Assembly (NCBI GenBank): GCA_051362555.1 | Contig: CM120643.1 | Location: forward strand, 17,302,848 to 17,366,847 | Direction: 5' to 3' | Source: Lingula anatina | Taxonomy: Eukaryota > Animalia > Brachiopoda | DNA length: 64,000 nt | Part shown: positions 13,079 to 26,800 of the stretch, one piece after another | Position numbering within the stretch: the stretch's first letter is position 1 | Layout of the letters: each line of letters begins with the position of its first letter | Translations under genes and position numbers: made by a program | The notes under the pieces: model-generated | The model's database searches: none | What the model was told of the DNA's origin: nothing | Seen by the model: only the letters and a program-made list of their open reading frames with translations

Positions 13079-14687
13079 CTTCGCTGGGAGAAAATGTAAG
13101 AACAATTTAAAAGCTTCTTCAAGAGAATAATGCAATATCTTGAAAGTTCTCATCTTCCAAGCAATCAACTATGGATTGAGGGTCTCATAGATCGTGAACT
13201 TTCTTTCAATTCGGATGGCACCAAGAACATTGCTAGTCAAGTCTCATCTCTGTGACAGTGTCATGCTGGGCATGGCCATTTACATGGTTGAACAGAAGGT
13301 GCCAGGGAACTTTTTTTGAACAAATTCGATATTAGTAACGGTTTTTGCTGTCGTGTCCAAGATTTTGTTGGAAAGGACACATCTATGTAAAACGCTAGTC
13401 TTTACATAGTTAAGTACATGTATAAAAGCTTTCTGTACATGTATACGCGCAGCACTAATAATCTATTGCCCCTGTGTATTTTATCAATCATCTTTAGGTA
13501 CAGATTTGCACGTATCTGGGTCATTGGTTTGATCATTATGAACCGACGCCATGTACGCTTTAGATATGCTGTAGTTTACTAGCACTTGTACCTTTATCAA
13601 CTGACTGATTGCAATATTCATCAAATTTCATTTTGCAAAACGGAAAATTTATTCGCATTGGCGTCCATTATTGCTCTCAGAGTCGGACAGGTGTAGTTTT
13701 TATCTGAATATTTTAATAAAAACAAAATGACATAAACATTTGTATCACGTGCATGCACTGGGGTTCGGTGGCGAAATGGTTCGTGTGTGTGTGTGAGAGG
13801 GGCTTATGTTTCCATTTCGTCAGAAAAAAAAAAAACAAAAAAAAAACGTCAGTTTTTCCTTTTTATTTGCTACAAATGGCCAAAATGAAATGAAAAATAA
13901 ACCTGGAAATTTGTTTTTTTCTTTGAAAAAGAGAATGGAAAAACGAAAATTGTCGGCACGTAAAGTATTATTTTCTTTCACTCTCAAGCGGGCCGTACTA
14001 CGTGACGCAGAAAGGACGCCGTCCAGTGTAAAGGGACCTTTGATTATTATATTTTTGTTGTTGTTATTTTAAATCCGTTGGATTGTGGATAATATAGGCC
14101 TACCATGAGCTGCAATGACACGATTAAAAAATAAAGCATTTTCTCTTTGTTCTCATCCTTGATTTGGTAAAAGTTATAATCAGTCTTACTCTTATTTAGC
14201 GAAGCACACGTTTTTCTGCTTATTCGAAAGTTTGTGACTAGTTATAATTGGAAATTTTCTACATGAAAATGAGGAAAACGGACTGACTTTTCCATTGAAA
14301 CTAAAACGAGAAAAAAACATTTTTCTATTCTCTAATTTCTTCACAGCACGAGAAAATGACGTGTATTGTAATATATTTCGCTCTCTTGGTATTGAAGAAG
14401 GGTGGATATTTTGCTCCCTATCACGTCTGGAAATCTGTTGTTATTTGTTTTTTATATATCATAGTGAAAAATCGAAAACTAATTCTCGTCAATTCACTTT
14501 TCTTTTTTGAAGGAAAAATACCCCCCCCCCCCCCCACGGACCCGTGAAGATCGAAATATTCATTCACTCTATTTCGATAGTGCCTGGCGTCAGCAGTTGC
14601 AAATGTTGTACTAATTCACTGAAAAGTATAATTTTAACAGTTTGATTTAATGCATTATTGGTTGATGTATGATCCGAATTTACTCGT

Positions 14688-14728
<41 letters not shown>

Positions 14729-17419
14729 CGTTAGCGGTGACCCATAAATCTTGAATCTGCACCACCACAATGCAGCTAACTACTGTAGGAGAATTTCACA
14801 CACAAGATGAAAGCAATTGTGAACTTAATCTTAATAGTCAGATGAATGACTAAACCAGTAAGCATCTAGATACTCGACCACACATACCAGCTCTTCGTAA
14901 TCATACAGGCCATAATGCCATTTTGTATCATGTTTCAATTTCACCCAGATGAGAAAACCACGAAGTAGTGTGACCAAACTGTTTCTTTCCTGCTCAGAAA
15001 GTCTCCTTTCGCTAACTAACCAATAATTTCATTGGAGGGGATAGGGACACGGGTAAGTCCTTAGCTTAAGGGGTATCCCCCCCCCCCCAAAAAAAAATAA
15101 TAATAATAATAAGAGAATTCACTAGCAAACAAGTCATTTCCGTTCCTTTGTCCTTCGTTTAATAATAAAGCTGCCTTCATTATATATCTGTCGAGCAAAA
15201 TGACTCATTTTTTCATCCTTGAGCCTCCAGTCCCCTCCTTCCCCAGCATCACCATCGCTTTGTACATCTTATAACACGATTTCAACTTTAAAATGTCGAA
15301 GCTTAGAATATTTACTACTCTGTTTCTTTAACGCCGATTTAAATGAATATATACTCATGCTAATTTTATGAGAAGAAACAATGATAAAATGAATGAATTG
15401 GAGTTTGCTAAAAAGTCGAAATTTTTTCTCCGGTGACATTAAAATATTTCGTAGTTTAACCTTGAGTAAGAAGACAAACAACCTTCACTGAAAGCTTGCA
15501 CATTTTTAACAGCCATTTATTATCCTTACACTTGCCAGATTATTTACAAGGACTAAATTATGGTCAGCTATAGAACGGCTTGGAATTCAATATACTACTC
15601 CAGAATCAAAACACGAAATACCAACTGTGGAAAATGCGCCATACATATAACGTTTCAACTCCGGGGGTCGGGTCGTTTTGACAGTGGAAAAAGCACAGGC
15701 TGCCAAACACCACTTATCGTAATACTGGTGTGGCTCCGCAAGCATTTTAACGCTTTAAGGACACCCTATGAATGTTAGATCTAAGCAAATTAATAAATTT
15801 ATTTTTTCTGGAATTTTTAGCACTTTAATTATCCTCAATTCGTCAAGGTATTTACTATCTAAAAGCATTGAGGCAACCACTATCTAGAGTATAAACAAGT
15901 TTTCGAGTTCAAAATTCCTAATATTTAATATCAGTAGTGCAATTCTATCACCATAGGAGGTGTTGCTTTACATATAATCTAAGGGAAAGTGTTGCATTTC
16001 CAAGAAATTAAAATTTTCAACATATTGAGGTCTAACGCGCATTGTATGCGTGCAGGTGTGTTAATCTTGAATTTCCCTCATTAGAAAGTAAAGTTCAAAT
16101 ATGTCTTCATATCATTTACACATATCTTGCTTTATTGGGAATGACGTCATCAATAAAGGAACCGTTCGTGGAATTTTGGCGGAAAACAAGTAAGATATCT
16201 GATGTTTTCGATCTTTTACTGGCACTTATTATGAACAACGCTTTACATCGCACCAGTAATTCAGAATGTACAAAGTTAATGCATTTCGTTAATTAATTCC
16301 TATTTGCTGTGCATTACTTGCTTACATATTCACTTAAAGTTAGCATAAATTAGAGAAAAGCACAGGTTATCTAAATTAAAATCAAATGATGAAAGACAGC
16401 AAATACTGTGGTGTGGGCCACGAACGGTACCTGGGTATAAACATAGCTGCCTATGATATCATACAACATAAAATTGTCTTAAAACTTCACATACTGTGTT
16501 TCATCTTGGTCTTTGAGGTAACAGTCTAGCAGTTTTTCATTCAATCAAAATATAAGTATATAATCTATCCAGTTTACCAAAATGGCCATTTGCTTTTTTC
16601 ATTTCCAAATATCACATTCAATCTGCAGGTTACCAAACTTAAAAAACCGCAAATTATTAACCTTTATCTTCTCAGTATTTTTAAATGGGTGTAACTGCTT
16701 TTAAAATACCATGGATTTCTTTGAGGTGCGTTGAATACTCCCTGGGTTTCAGAGATTAGTGAAAAAACGAGGTGCGTATCCGGATAGGGCAACTTACACT
16801 GACAAAACTCACGCATTACAAAATATTTGACAGAACTAGTTTACATGTTGCTAGTTTGGACGCTTCGGAGGCGGTTTCACCTACACACCTCACCTCTTTA
16901 ATTGAAGATTTGAAACTGAAATATTCTGTAATGAACACGTACTGCTAAAAACTGTTTCCAAAGATATATTTGAGAATTCACTAAACGATAACTGAGACAA
17001 CAAACAAATGGAGAAACGGTATTTTAACGGCATAGACAAAACGAAGCCTATGCTATTGTCTAAAAAGACTCCATGTACTTCAACTACTGGCCGCACCTAG
17101 TTTACTCCTAAAATTATATAAACTAACACTAAGACAATGCTTTATTTTCTAAATATTAACTGCTGATGACAGAAAAATGACAATAAATAATGTAACAACT
17201 CAGACGAATTTAGACTTACAACCTTACGTTTACCGTTTCCAATCAATAGAAAATGTTTGTCTTAGCAATTCGAACTGCGTCGTGGTAAGAAAACGAAATC
17301 ACATTTATACCCGAAGAACAGACATTTGCAGACTGTGAATAACATCCAAAGTGTGTATGTTCTCACTGGCTTTGTGTCTTGAATTATCTAAAATACATCT
17401 CTACATACTGACGCATGCC

Positions 17420-17463
17420 TGACGTCACCTCAATGAATGACGTCACTACGTTCAGTGACGTCA
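17420..17463. promoter_or_regulatory. Cluster of three perfect CRE palindromes (TGACGTCA)
   Basis: Sites start at 17420, 17438 and 17456, with a TGACG half-site at 17409. Function is unproven. Confidence 0.45.
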
Positions 17464-17466
17464 TGT

Positions 17467-19989
17467 TTAGACCGTGTAAAACATGTCCTTAGCGTCTCGC
17501 ACTTCGTGGTAAATTCTGGCTGCTATTGACTTGACTGCTCCCCAAACTTCCTCTCCCACAGGCAGAATTTGGTTGGGAGGTAATATGAACCCGAATCTCC
17601 CGGTGTCTCTCAGTTCTAAGGTGTAGGCGTACTTGATCTTAGCGACACCCTTTGCCCAGTCAAATGATGCTCCGGCTGCAGAATCTGCAACAAACAAACA
17701 ATGATAGATTGTCTGTCAGTCGAAGGGGGGGAGGTTACACCCACGGACAGAATTTCTTTCAGCAAGCATACAGATATTATATTTGCTTTAATTGATATTT
17801 TTTTCATTTGAAATATATCTTTGTCGTATACATTTACGTAGATGGGCATGGTTTTAAAACATGATGCTTTAAGCCACATAAAACCGGAATCCTCTTAAAA
17901 CAAACTCTGAACTTTGCCTTCAGAATGTACATGTAACATTAGCTTGATCCCTTGCCTAAGAGATGGAGTGATGTCTGTACTTACATAATATGGATGCTGG
18001 AGACCCGACTTTGAAAGTAGTACCATGTTTCTTCTTCAGCATGTCCGCACCATAGCGAGCCAGAGACATCTGGAATGCCATACAACCAATGTTTTCTGTA
18101 TTTCTCACTTACTACAATCCCCCTGCTGCATATCATTAAAACTTAGAAAAAGTTCAGGATTGACAGAAAATGATGACTTGACAACACATTTCATAGGCTT
18201 AATGCATACAATGGCGTTGCTGAAAGAGAATGTGAAGTAATACATGTACCAAAAATGCTGTTGCCAGGAGAAGACGTCGCAATATTTCCCACGTCATTAC
18301 CGAGAGAAAATGACGTAATACTTACTATGTCGTTACTATCGGGTGGCGAGTCCTGTGTATGACCCCAATTCGTCAACCAGAGCTGTGAGTATGAGTGGAA
18401 TGACAGATACAACTTGAACAAATTTCTTCTGAGGTAGATAAATTTCCCCATAGCTTTGGTTTCGGCCTCGGAGAACGCGTGCGGACCTTGGTACGTGTTC
18501 TCGCACGGGTCGGTGCTTGAGCAGCGAGAGAACAGCGTGTCGTCGGCACACTCTAAAATGCAAAGGTAATAATCGCCAGTTGCCCTTTCACATGGCAATC
18601 GATAAGAGAATTTTACGTTTGTATTCTATAATTTGAGCAAAACAACACCGCTGTTTTCTTGACGGAAGAATAAAAACTACATTTACAGCCGACAATAGGT
18701 AAGATTCTTTTTCTACAATGCCATACCTGTACTTATACTGTTCCCAATAGATTAAGGAGAGACAATCAGCTTACCCAAAATACAGTAAAATCCACACTTA
18801 GTCTGATTTTAACGTGGTTTTTAAATTTAAAAAAATTCATAAATTCAGAGATATAAAAATAGCTTAAATAAACTTAAACCAGGTTTTACATTCGGGGAAT
18901 TATTACAAGGAAACACCTTGAAGCAAGTTCTAAAGGCGGCTACATTCAATTACAAGGTAAATCATGTTTCAGACACAGTGTAGACATTTACCAGAAATGC
19001 GCCAATGTTTTAATGGTGTAGTTCCAATTGAATTTCAAGGTAAAGACACGGAAATAAGTTTCAACAAAGCATAACAAAGTGCCGAAGTTTCTGGTTTAAC
19101 TTACGACTCAGCAGGCGGTCGTTGTTTTAACATGCGTCTGTGCATTAAAACTAGCACTATTGCCGGACGAAGAAACAAGCAAAGAGCAAAGACCCATTTC
19201 TACTTACTTCCCCAAGAAAAGTCAAAGTTCCTGTTGGCGTCCACTCCAATGCAGTTGGAGTTGCGGTAGTATCGGCTGCGAGTCTTTCTCCAAAGGCGAT
19301 CCTGAAAACAAAGTATCCATATTTAAGTTATTTCTGTAATGAATGTTCTACTCTCTCTCTCTCTCTCTCTCAATCTCTCTCCCCCTCTCTCTCTCTCTTG
19401 GCAGACCTCTACATTCTAAAGTTAAAATGTATTCTCTGATAAATGAGTTGGGAACATTGCTCTCGGTGATCTCCGATTTTAACATGATCATGCTCTTAAT
19501 TTTCAAATTCAATTCAAATTCATTGTCATGTCCATTTGCGTACTGTGTACGTGTGTAATGTAAACGGAACAAATGGAAGAGAGACGGCCTAAAATGACCT
19601 ATGGCACTTGTATATGTTCAACCAACCATCATTTAGGAGAAAATAATTTAGGGACACAAGGTATGTGTTGAATTTGTTAAAGACGTTTTAGAAAACACCA
19701 TTCGGTTTATCATTGTTGTTACACTATTAAGGGGTTAAAATGGCGTTCAAATTTCAACGCTCAATTCCGGTTCTTCATTAAGCCCCAAACAGGAGCACAG
19801 CATATTTTCTACAGCGTAAATTCGAGATGGTGTCACGTACTGTGCACCTACAAGTCCAAAGAAGGCGGCGAACCATCGTGCGATGTATCGACAGAGTACA
19901 GAGGCAGTACGCCGAGCCTTTCATATACAGCCTATATAAAATCTGCAAAGTCGTATCTCGTTCTTCTCACGTGTTAAAGTCAGAAAAAG

Positions 19990-20028
<39 letters not shown>

Positions 20029-20417
20029 ATGACACACACACACAAACACACAGCATGCTCATTAATTAATTTAATTAATATGTTGGCCTGCATCATAAAA
20101 CACCTGCAACACAAAACATCAGCGATTTTTACTCTCAGCTATAATGTTGGAACGCATATTTTATCTGCTCGGCTGTGAATGCATTCGTAAGCATCTGTTT
20201 TGATGACAAGCAAGAATTTATTACCCTGCTGTGCCAAAATGCGTGGTGTAAAAAACAAACAAATAGCATTCGCCAACATTACCGAAGTGTCGTGAACCGA
20301 CAATATCACAATATCGGTGGCCCGTTTCACCGTGAGATGACTTCAGCCAAACAAGTTCTCCACAGGCGCGATATCTGTTGTTAGGGATAACAACTCTTCG
20401 AGAGAGAATGAGAGAAT

Positions 20418-20450
<33 letters not shown>

Positions 20451-20845
20451 GAGAGAGAGAATCATACTTATCTAGAGAAAAACATTAAACATGTTCTTAG
20501 AAAAATTAAATGTTCTTAGTCATTTCATCACTGTCACAAGCTAAAAAATAGTCAATTCCATCAATCTTTTTCCAGTAAGTTTAAGCAAGAAACCCTTCTG
20601 TGTGTCTTTAAAATATAATATTGATTTGATTAGTTTTTTCCAATACTCAAATATGTTAAACGGGATAACAACTCTTCGTATGAAATTATATTTCACAATA
20701 AATACATTGTAAACAACTCATAGAAATATAAATTATATAAAATATTTTTTTACCATAAAAACGGCAATTGTAGCAATAAATCTGAAATAGGTGCTTGCAA
20801 TCAGACCCCGTGACCTCCATTGATGGCTATACTTTGAGATTATTA

Positions 20846-20896
<51 letters not shown>

Positions 20897-23800
20897 AGGG
20901 ACTAACTTTGAATGTAGACATGGATTCATTAACCATTGGTAAGTATGGGAAAATTGCTGTTTACCCCAGGAAAATTCATTTTTTGGCAAAAATGAACAGT
21001 TGTTACCCCTTTTATTGATTGACTTTGTCAATTGAGGATTCTCCATTTTGAGACCTCTATTACGTAACAGCAAGTCTATAAGGTTGGCAATCTCTTAAGG
21101 TGTGTTTTAGTTTACCACTCAATGCAAATATAACCTTAGAATAAACCTACATGTACTTGCAAAAGTTTTTTCATGAATCTTTGTTATTGGGGATTTTACA
21201 TGCAGTCTTTGCATATCAATCTGACATTTGATCACGTGACAAAATGTGCTCTCGGGCTTCTGGAGCGACATTTTGTTTTAAAAGGGTGAGGAAAATGCCA
21301 GTTGTGCTGCTGATGAAATCTGAAATGCACCTTTATAATAAATGATTATTTTTTTCTTTCTTTTTTTTTGTAATATTCAATAATTCGATGTGTGCTCCTG
21401 TTGATGACAAAGTCTTGAAACTGAAAGTGAAAGTTTTCATAGAAAGCCAATGTTTCGAACCATCTGTATTGACAACACTCTGAAAATGATTACATGTACA
21501 GCGGGAACCAGATGTTTTTAAGCAAATACTGTTAATAATCGAAAACAAACCTGTTTGGGTATGGATGTATTCATAAACACCTGTGTTGACGACGTGTGAG
21601 AATTCATTACATCCGCTACGTTTTAAATAACCTTAGTTTCTTAAAGAAGAAGTCAGTAACTATATTTGTACATACCCGGGTGTGCGAATATTCATAACCA
21701 TCTGGATTGACGACAGGCAGGAAGTACCAATCAAATTCATCCATCAGAAAGCTTACCATTGGGTCACGACTTTGCTCTGATATCAACTTATGTAATTGAA
21801 ATGGCAAAGGGAATATATAAGCATTTATCTCTTAGTAAATCATAGTGGTCTTTTTAAACTCAACTATTTTCTTGCATTAAAGGGACCATTCCCAGACCCT
21901 ATCGTACTAACTTTGGATCGCTCTATCTCCAAGGGGATTCTCGCTAAATTGCTATCAACTTAAGCAGCCTACTGAAGCTGCTAGGGGTAATTAATTATCG
22001 TTTAGCAGCTTCAGTAGGCGTGCCAGACGTCTAAGCCGCTTAAGCTGAAAGCAATTTAGCAAGAAACCCCTTGGAGATGGATCGATCCTGTTAGATCGAT
22101 CTAAGTATGGAAATCCGGTCAAAGAAACGAGGTTCAATTACAGCGAGTAAGTGAACGACTGCGGTGAACATTTCTATTTCTGTGTCAAGATCAATTGCCG
22201 TAAATTTGTACATTGAAAGTGTCTTACACTTGATCTGTCTAAAAAATATTATCTGAAATACTGCTCAAATCTGTGAGAAAGGAACGTTTAGAAGTTAATC
22301 ACTTTATGACGTACACAACAATTTCTGTGACGTAAGCAAAGCATGTGCAAAACTGATGACGCGGACGTACCTGGTGAATGATGTAAAGCACGGTTGATGG
22401 CCCAATCCATTCCCGCCCGTGGATTCCCGCATCTATCCAGATTGAAGGTTTGTAGGGTGTGTGAGCCTTGGGTTTGCCCAGCTGCAGTAAGTAAGAAAAG
22501 CATACAAAACTATAGTCTGAGTATGATGATAAAACGAAGGCATAAATGTTGTAAATAAAATGGCGGTTTTATCAAAGTTAATTGTTTACTGATATGATTT
22601 GTTCTGTTTTTCCCCGCAAAATTGCCGTTGAACAAATGATATTTTTTGCCTTTCGGTAACTAATTATTGGCATAGGAGATGGATCCATGAAGAAATTTTA
22701 CTCAGAACTGTCAAGTGGGTTGCATATAATCACGTGATGGGCAGTTAAACATCGCATTAGAACCATAATATCATGCCCAATAGATATTACCTTGAGGACC
22801 TTCATTGGCCGAAGCTCGTATGACGCACCAATGGTAATCAGCTTGGCAAGATGAGGGTAGAGATTGGCCACGTTTTGAAGCCAGTCGTTAATCTGTAAAC
22901 GAAGACAATAGTTTTTCCTCAAACGAATTACAAATGCCATATTATACAGGGTGACAGTGAAAATGGAATAACTCATTTGAAAATATGTATGACATTTTTT
23001 CTTTTAATTCCAGTTTGTGCTACAGATGCCAACAGAGGGGTATATAATTGATCCCTGAAACACGTTATACACAATCTGTGCCATGGTCTTTATTTTTTAT
23101 CGATAAGTCCACGATTAACTTTAGTTTAAAGAAACCACTTTGTCATAACCAAATAACGCATTTCTCTTTTAAATAACATTCCAAATGATAGAACACGGGA
23201 TAACTTGTGGCACGGCATTACACCAGTTTCCCTTCCTTTTCTTTTTCTTTTAAAACATTCAAGGAACCAGTGACAGCCCTCTAATTTTCATCTTAACTTT
23301 CTAATCAGTGCACCTTATGAAAGGCGGCAGTACTTACCTCCCCATACCGAAGATACTTGTCAGCAGTATTCACTCTCGACCCATCTGCAGTCGCTCGTCG
23401 TTTTCTGTCGTCTACCGCATCGTTCTCCGCCGCTTCCCGATCTATGAGGCTAAAAGACAACAAAACGGTCTTTTTGCATGTATGCTTTGGACATTTTTGT
23501 TTCATTTTAGTTATTTATTTTTTGATTATTTGTTATTATTCTATTTATTCATTTATTTACTTTCTTATCATTATTTGTACATTGTCTTTTACAAGTTTAC
23601 TATTTTTACTACTTAATAACAGCTTGTCTTTGTCGTTTTGTGTTATTTGCTTCTGGGGCGTTGGGTGGAGGTAAGGGGATGGGCGTACAAATAATGTTTA
23701 ATAATAATACGAAGAAGAAAGAGTAGAAGAAGAAGTGTTACTAAATGATATATCAAAAAGCATGATTTAAGAGTTGCCACGCAGGGCGTAGATTGCCAAT

Positions 23801-26800
23801 ATTAAAGAGCGGTTCTTCGCCCTGAAAATCCTAGTTAGCAAGCAATGACGTCAAGGTTACACCGGTACGCATCACAACAACTGATGTATTTTATAATTTT
23901 TCAAGTGATTTTTTGAAATCGAGGCCACACTTACGCTATCATCACTGCTCTTCGCGTGAGTCATGCATTGCTTTATTTCACTGTCACTCGCAATCGTCAC
24001 TTCAAATTTTTTCAGACATAGTAAGTTCAGTGTAACAACCAAAGATAATTATTTGAGAAAACAAGATGGTTTTGGATTGAAAATGAAAACAAGACTAAGG
24101 TCAGGGGTTAATAGAACCTGCGCCGGGTTGTATTGGCACCTGTTGGCAAAATGTTAAAAGATAAAGTTTAAGAACAATATTAATTCTTCAATGCCTGAAA
24201 ATAACACAGATATAATGAATGCTGAAATGTCCGTTTGGTGTTTTGAAGTTGGCAATAGAACGATGTTTTTAAAGGTTGGATATAGTGTCTTACATCGCCG
24301 TTTACAAACAACGATTCCACAGACAATGCTGAATTTGAATTGTCGGCACTGAACCATTAGTAGCAATCTTGATGCCAAATGACTTAATATAGGTCTACAC
24401 ATGTATTTAGTATAATCATTTAGCCATTATGTCTTTCTGCACAAATGTAAGGTCATAATCTCTTGTAAAATTCACTGGCACCAAATGACTAAATCAATGA
24501 AATAAAAAATGAAATGATATATTCATGCGTGAAAAGTGCATTTCATATCATTGCTACTTGACTGAAGACATTTTTTTCACTGATTACCGTGCACATTTAG
24601 TTGCTAAAGATTTATCGAGACTCCACCTAAATTTAGTGGCTTGTATATCAAAGAGAATTCCTCCTAACATAGCATCGTCTTTAGCAATAACCGCAATTTC
24701 TTGTGAAACGCGTCACTTTTACTTCAAAATCCAAATGTGGCTTTCCGCTGCCTTTTGTTGATCAAGATTCCGGGACAAGGTGAGTGTAGACACAGATATA
24801 AATCCTGACCAGTTTAGGTCTAAAACGGACCAAAAGACGATTCAAATAAAAACAACCCCCTCCTACTTGAAAAAATCGTGAATCATTCAATTATTGTGCA
24901 AAGTAAACCACAGAGCTTCGAATCTCCAAAGGAAATTACTGGTAATTGCATACCTGTTGACTTAATCTCGACCTAAATCGATCCGGCTCTGAATCTACGT
25001 CTGAGCGGACACATATACAGCATACAGTACGCGCACTTCTTTATCCTTTTCATTACAAGTCATTTTACAAATGCCATTATCAATAAGTGTGTATGAATGC
25101 AAAAAGTGGGTGGAGACGAAAAGGCATTTTCTACCCACGTTTATTAATTTCTATATCCGCCGACTGCATTGTATTTATTGCTTTCCCGTTATGGCGATGG
25201 TCGTTTTTTATGAAGACACTATTTATCTCCCGAATATGTCCAGTTAATTTTTATTGGCCAAGTGTTCATGCAAAACAAAATGCATTTTATAAAAGACATC
25301 TTGGCGTCGAAATCGATTCTGTTAAAGAGGATGAAAATATTTCAGTCAGCAACAGTGATTTCAGTCAGCAATGTGAGGAAGAAGGAAAAGATTTATATTT
25401 ATGGAACATAACGACATTTTACTTAACTGTAGCTTTCATTTGTTTATTTAACATTTTATTTATTTATTTAACTATTCATTTATTTATATTGTATTTTTTG
25501 CAAATAGACAGACACTTACCGTTGTCTGCTGTTTTATAATGTCACGACACCTTTTGTTCTGTTGGGAGAAACTTGATTCTTTTCTAGGCTAAAGATCGTG
25601 ATATTTTCTAAGCTGTCAAAGTCGTTATTGTTATGGATTCTGCTACGTTTGTTTTTTTGCTTTGAAGTTGAGAGAAATATAGGACAGCTTTTGTATTAAA
25701 CGGAACCTGAAGAAGGAGTCTCATTTTTCAATTAAGTGAGAAGGGCGTAGTTAAAAACTGGAGGTCACCTCTGTTTCTTTCACTCCTTTGTGTAACGTTC
25801 GTTCTCTAGTGTGTGACATTCTTTTTTAGATCACATTTACGTTGGCAGGAATTGATGAACATTGATTCGAGGAAAAACAGATATCGTCTACAAATTGTTT
25901 ATACGACTGACATTTAAAACATGAAACGTTTGCCACGAGCAGTAATACAATATTGAATTGCCAACCTGGGTATATTTCAAATAAATATTTTTCCTACACA
26001 CTTTGCACATCATTTGCGAATAAAGCGAATTACAGGAATAATCTTACACAAGCACTCGTAGGCATTTTAATCATTTCTAAACTATGCCAAATGCACACAT
26101 ATACAATTACACACAAATGCCCTTATAAATATACGCGCTTGCCTTGAGTTCAGACAAAGACCACTTTGACCGAAAATCGGACAAAATATACAAGCCAATT
26201 AGAATTATTCTTCGGTGGTGCAACGAGGCTTGGTTGTAAACTGGCCGTTTGGTTGCTACTTGGCCCGATTTTCGGTCTAAAGTATCCCAGTTCTGAACAC
26301 ACCTCTACGTTTTCTTGCATGATCTGCTCAACCCACCGTGGCTCTCTGAGATGAGAGTCTAGTACTCTGTGAAACTCAGGGTGGCTTACCTCTGCACATT
26401 CTGTATGAGTACTTCATAGGGAGAACTGGTGTCGTTCAGGAGTTTCTCCACCACTGGGATGGAACCCGGGGGCACACAAATGTCCACAGACTTGTTCCCA
26501 AGAGGCTCACCCCAGAAGTCGATCTGGAATTAAACTTCATGAAAATTAAAACCGTTCTCGGTCAAATTGGTTGATACATTGTCAGACGGTTGGCTGACAA
26601 ACTGACTGACCGTCCAGCTGATAGACAGTCTGACTGACCATCTGATCGATTGACCGATTAACTGACCAAAAGACCGACTGGCTAATTGCCTATTACTAAT
26701 CAACAGATCGACTGACAGATTGGTCAACCAACTAACGGGCTGATTGATACAGATATTGATTATCATTCATTGACTGATAATACCTAGAAAAAAATAATGT

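Noticed and set aside
13756-14546. Possible TIR element downstream of the Rab gene
   Set aside because: The termini match only loosely and I found no TSD, so boundaries cannot be supported.
21305-21335. ctgatga...gaaa, a hammerhead-ribozyme-like core
   Set aside because: No convincing stems I-III or cleavage triplet could be paired.
25087-25539. 150-codon plus-strand ORF in a carboxypeptidase intron (also 56359-56778)
   Set aside because: Non-ATG start, low-complexity tail, and no recognisable domain or splice support.
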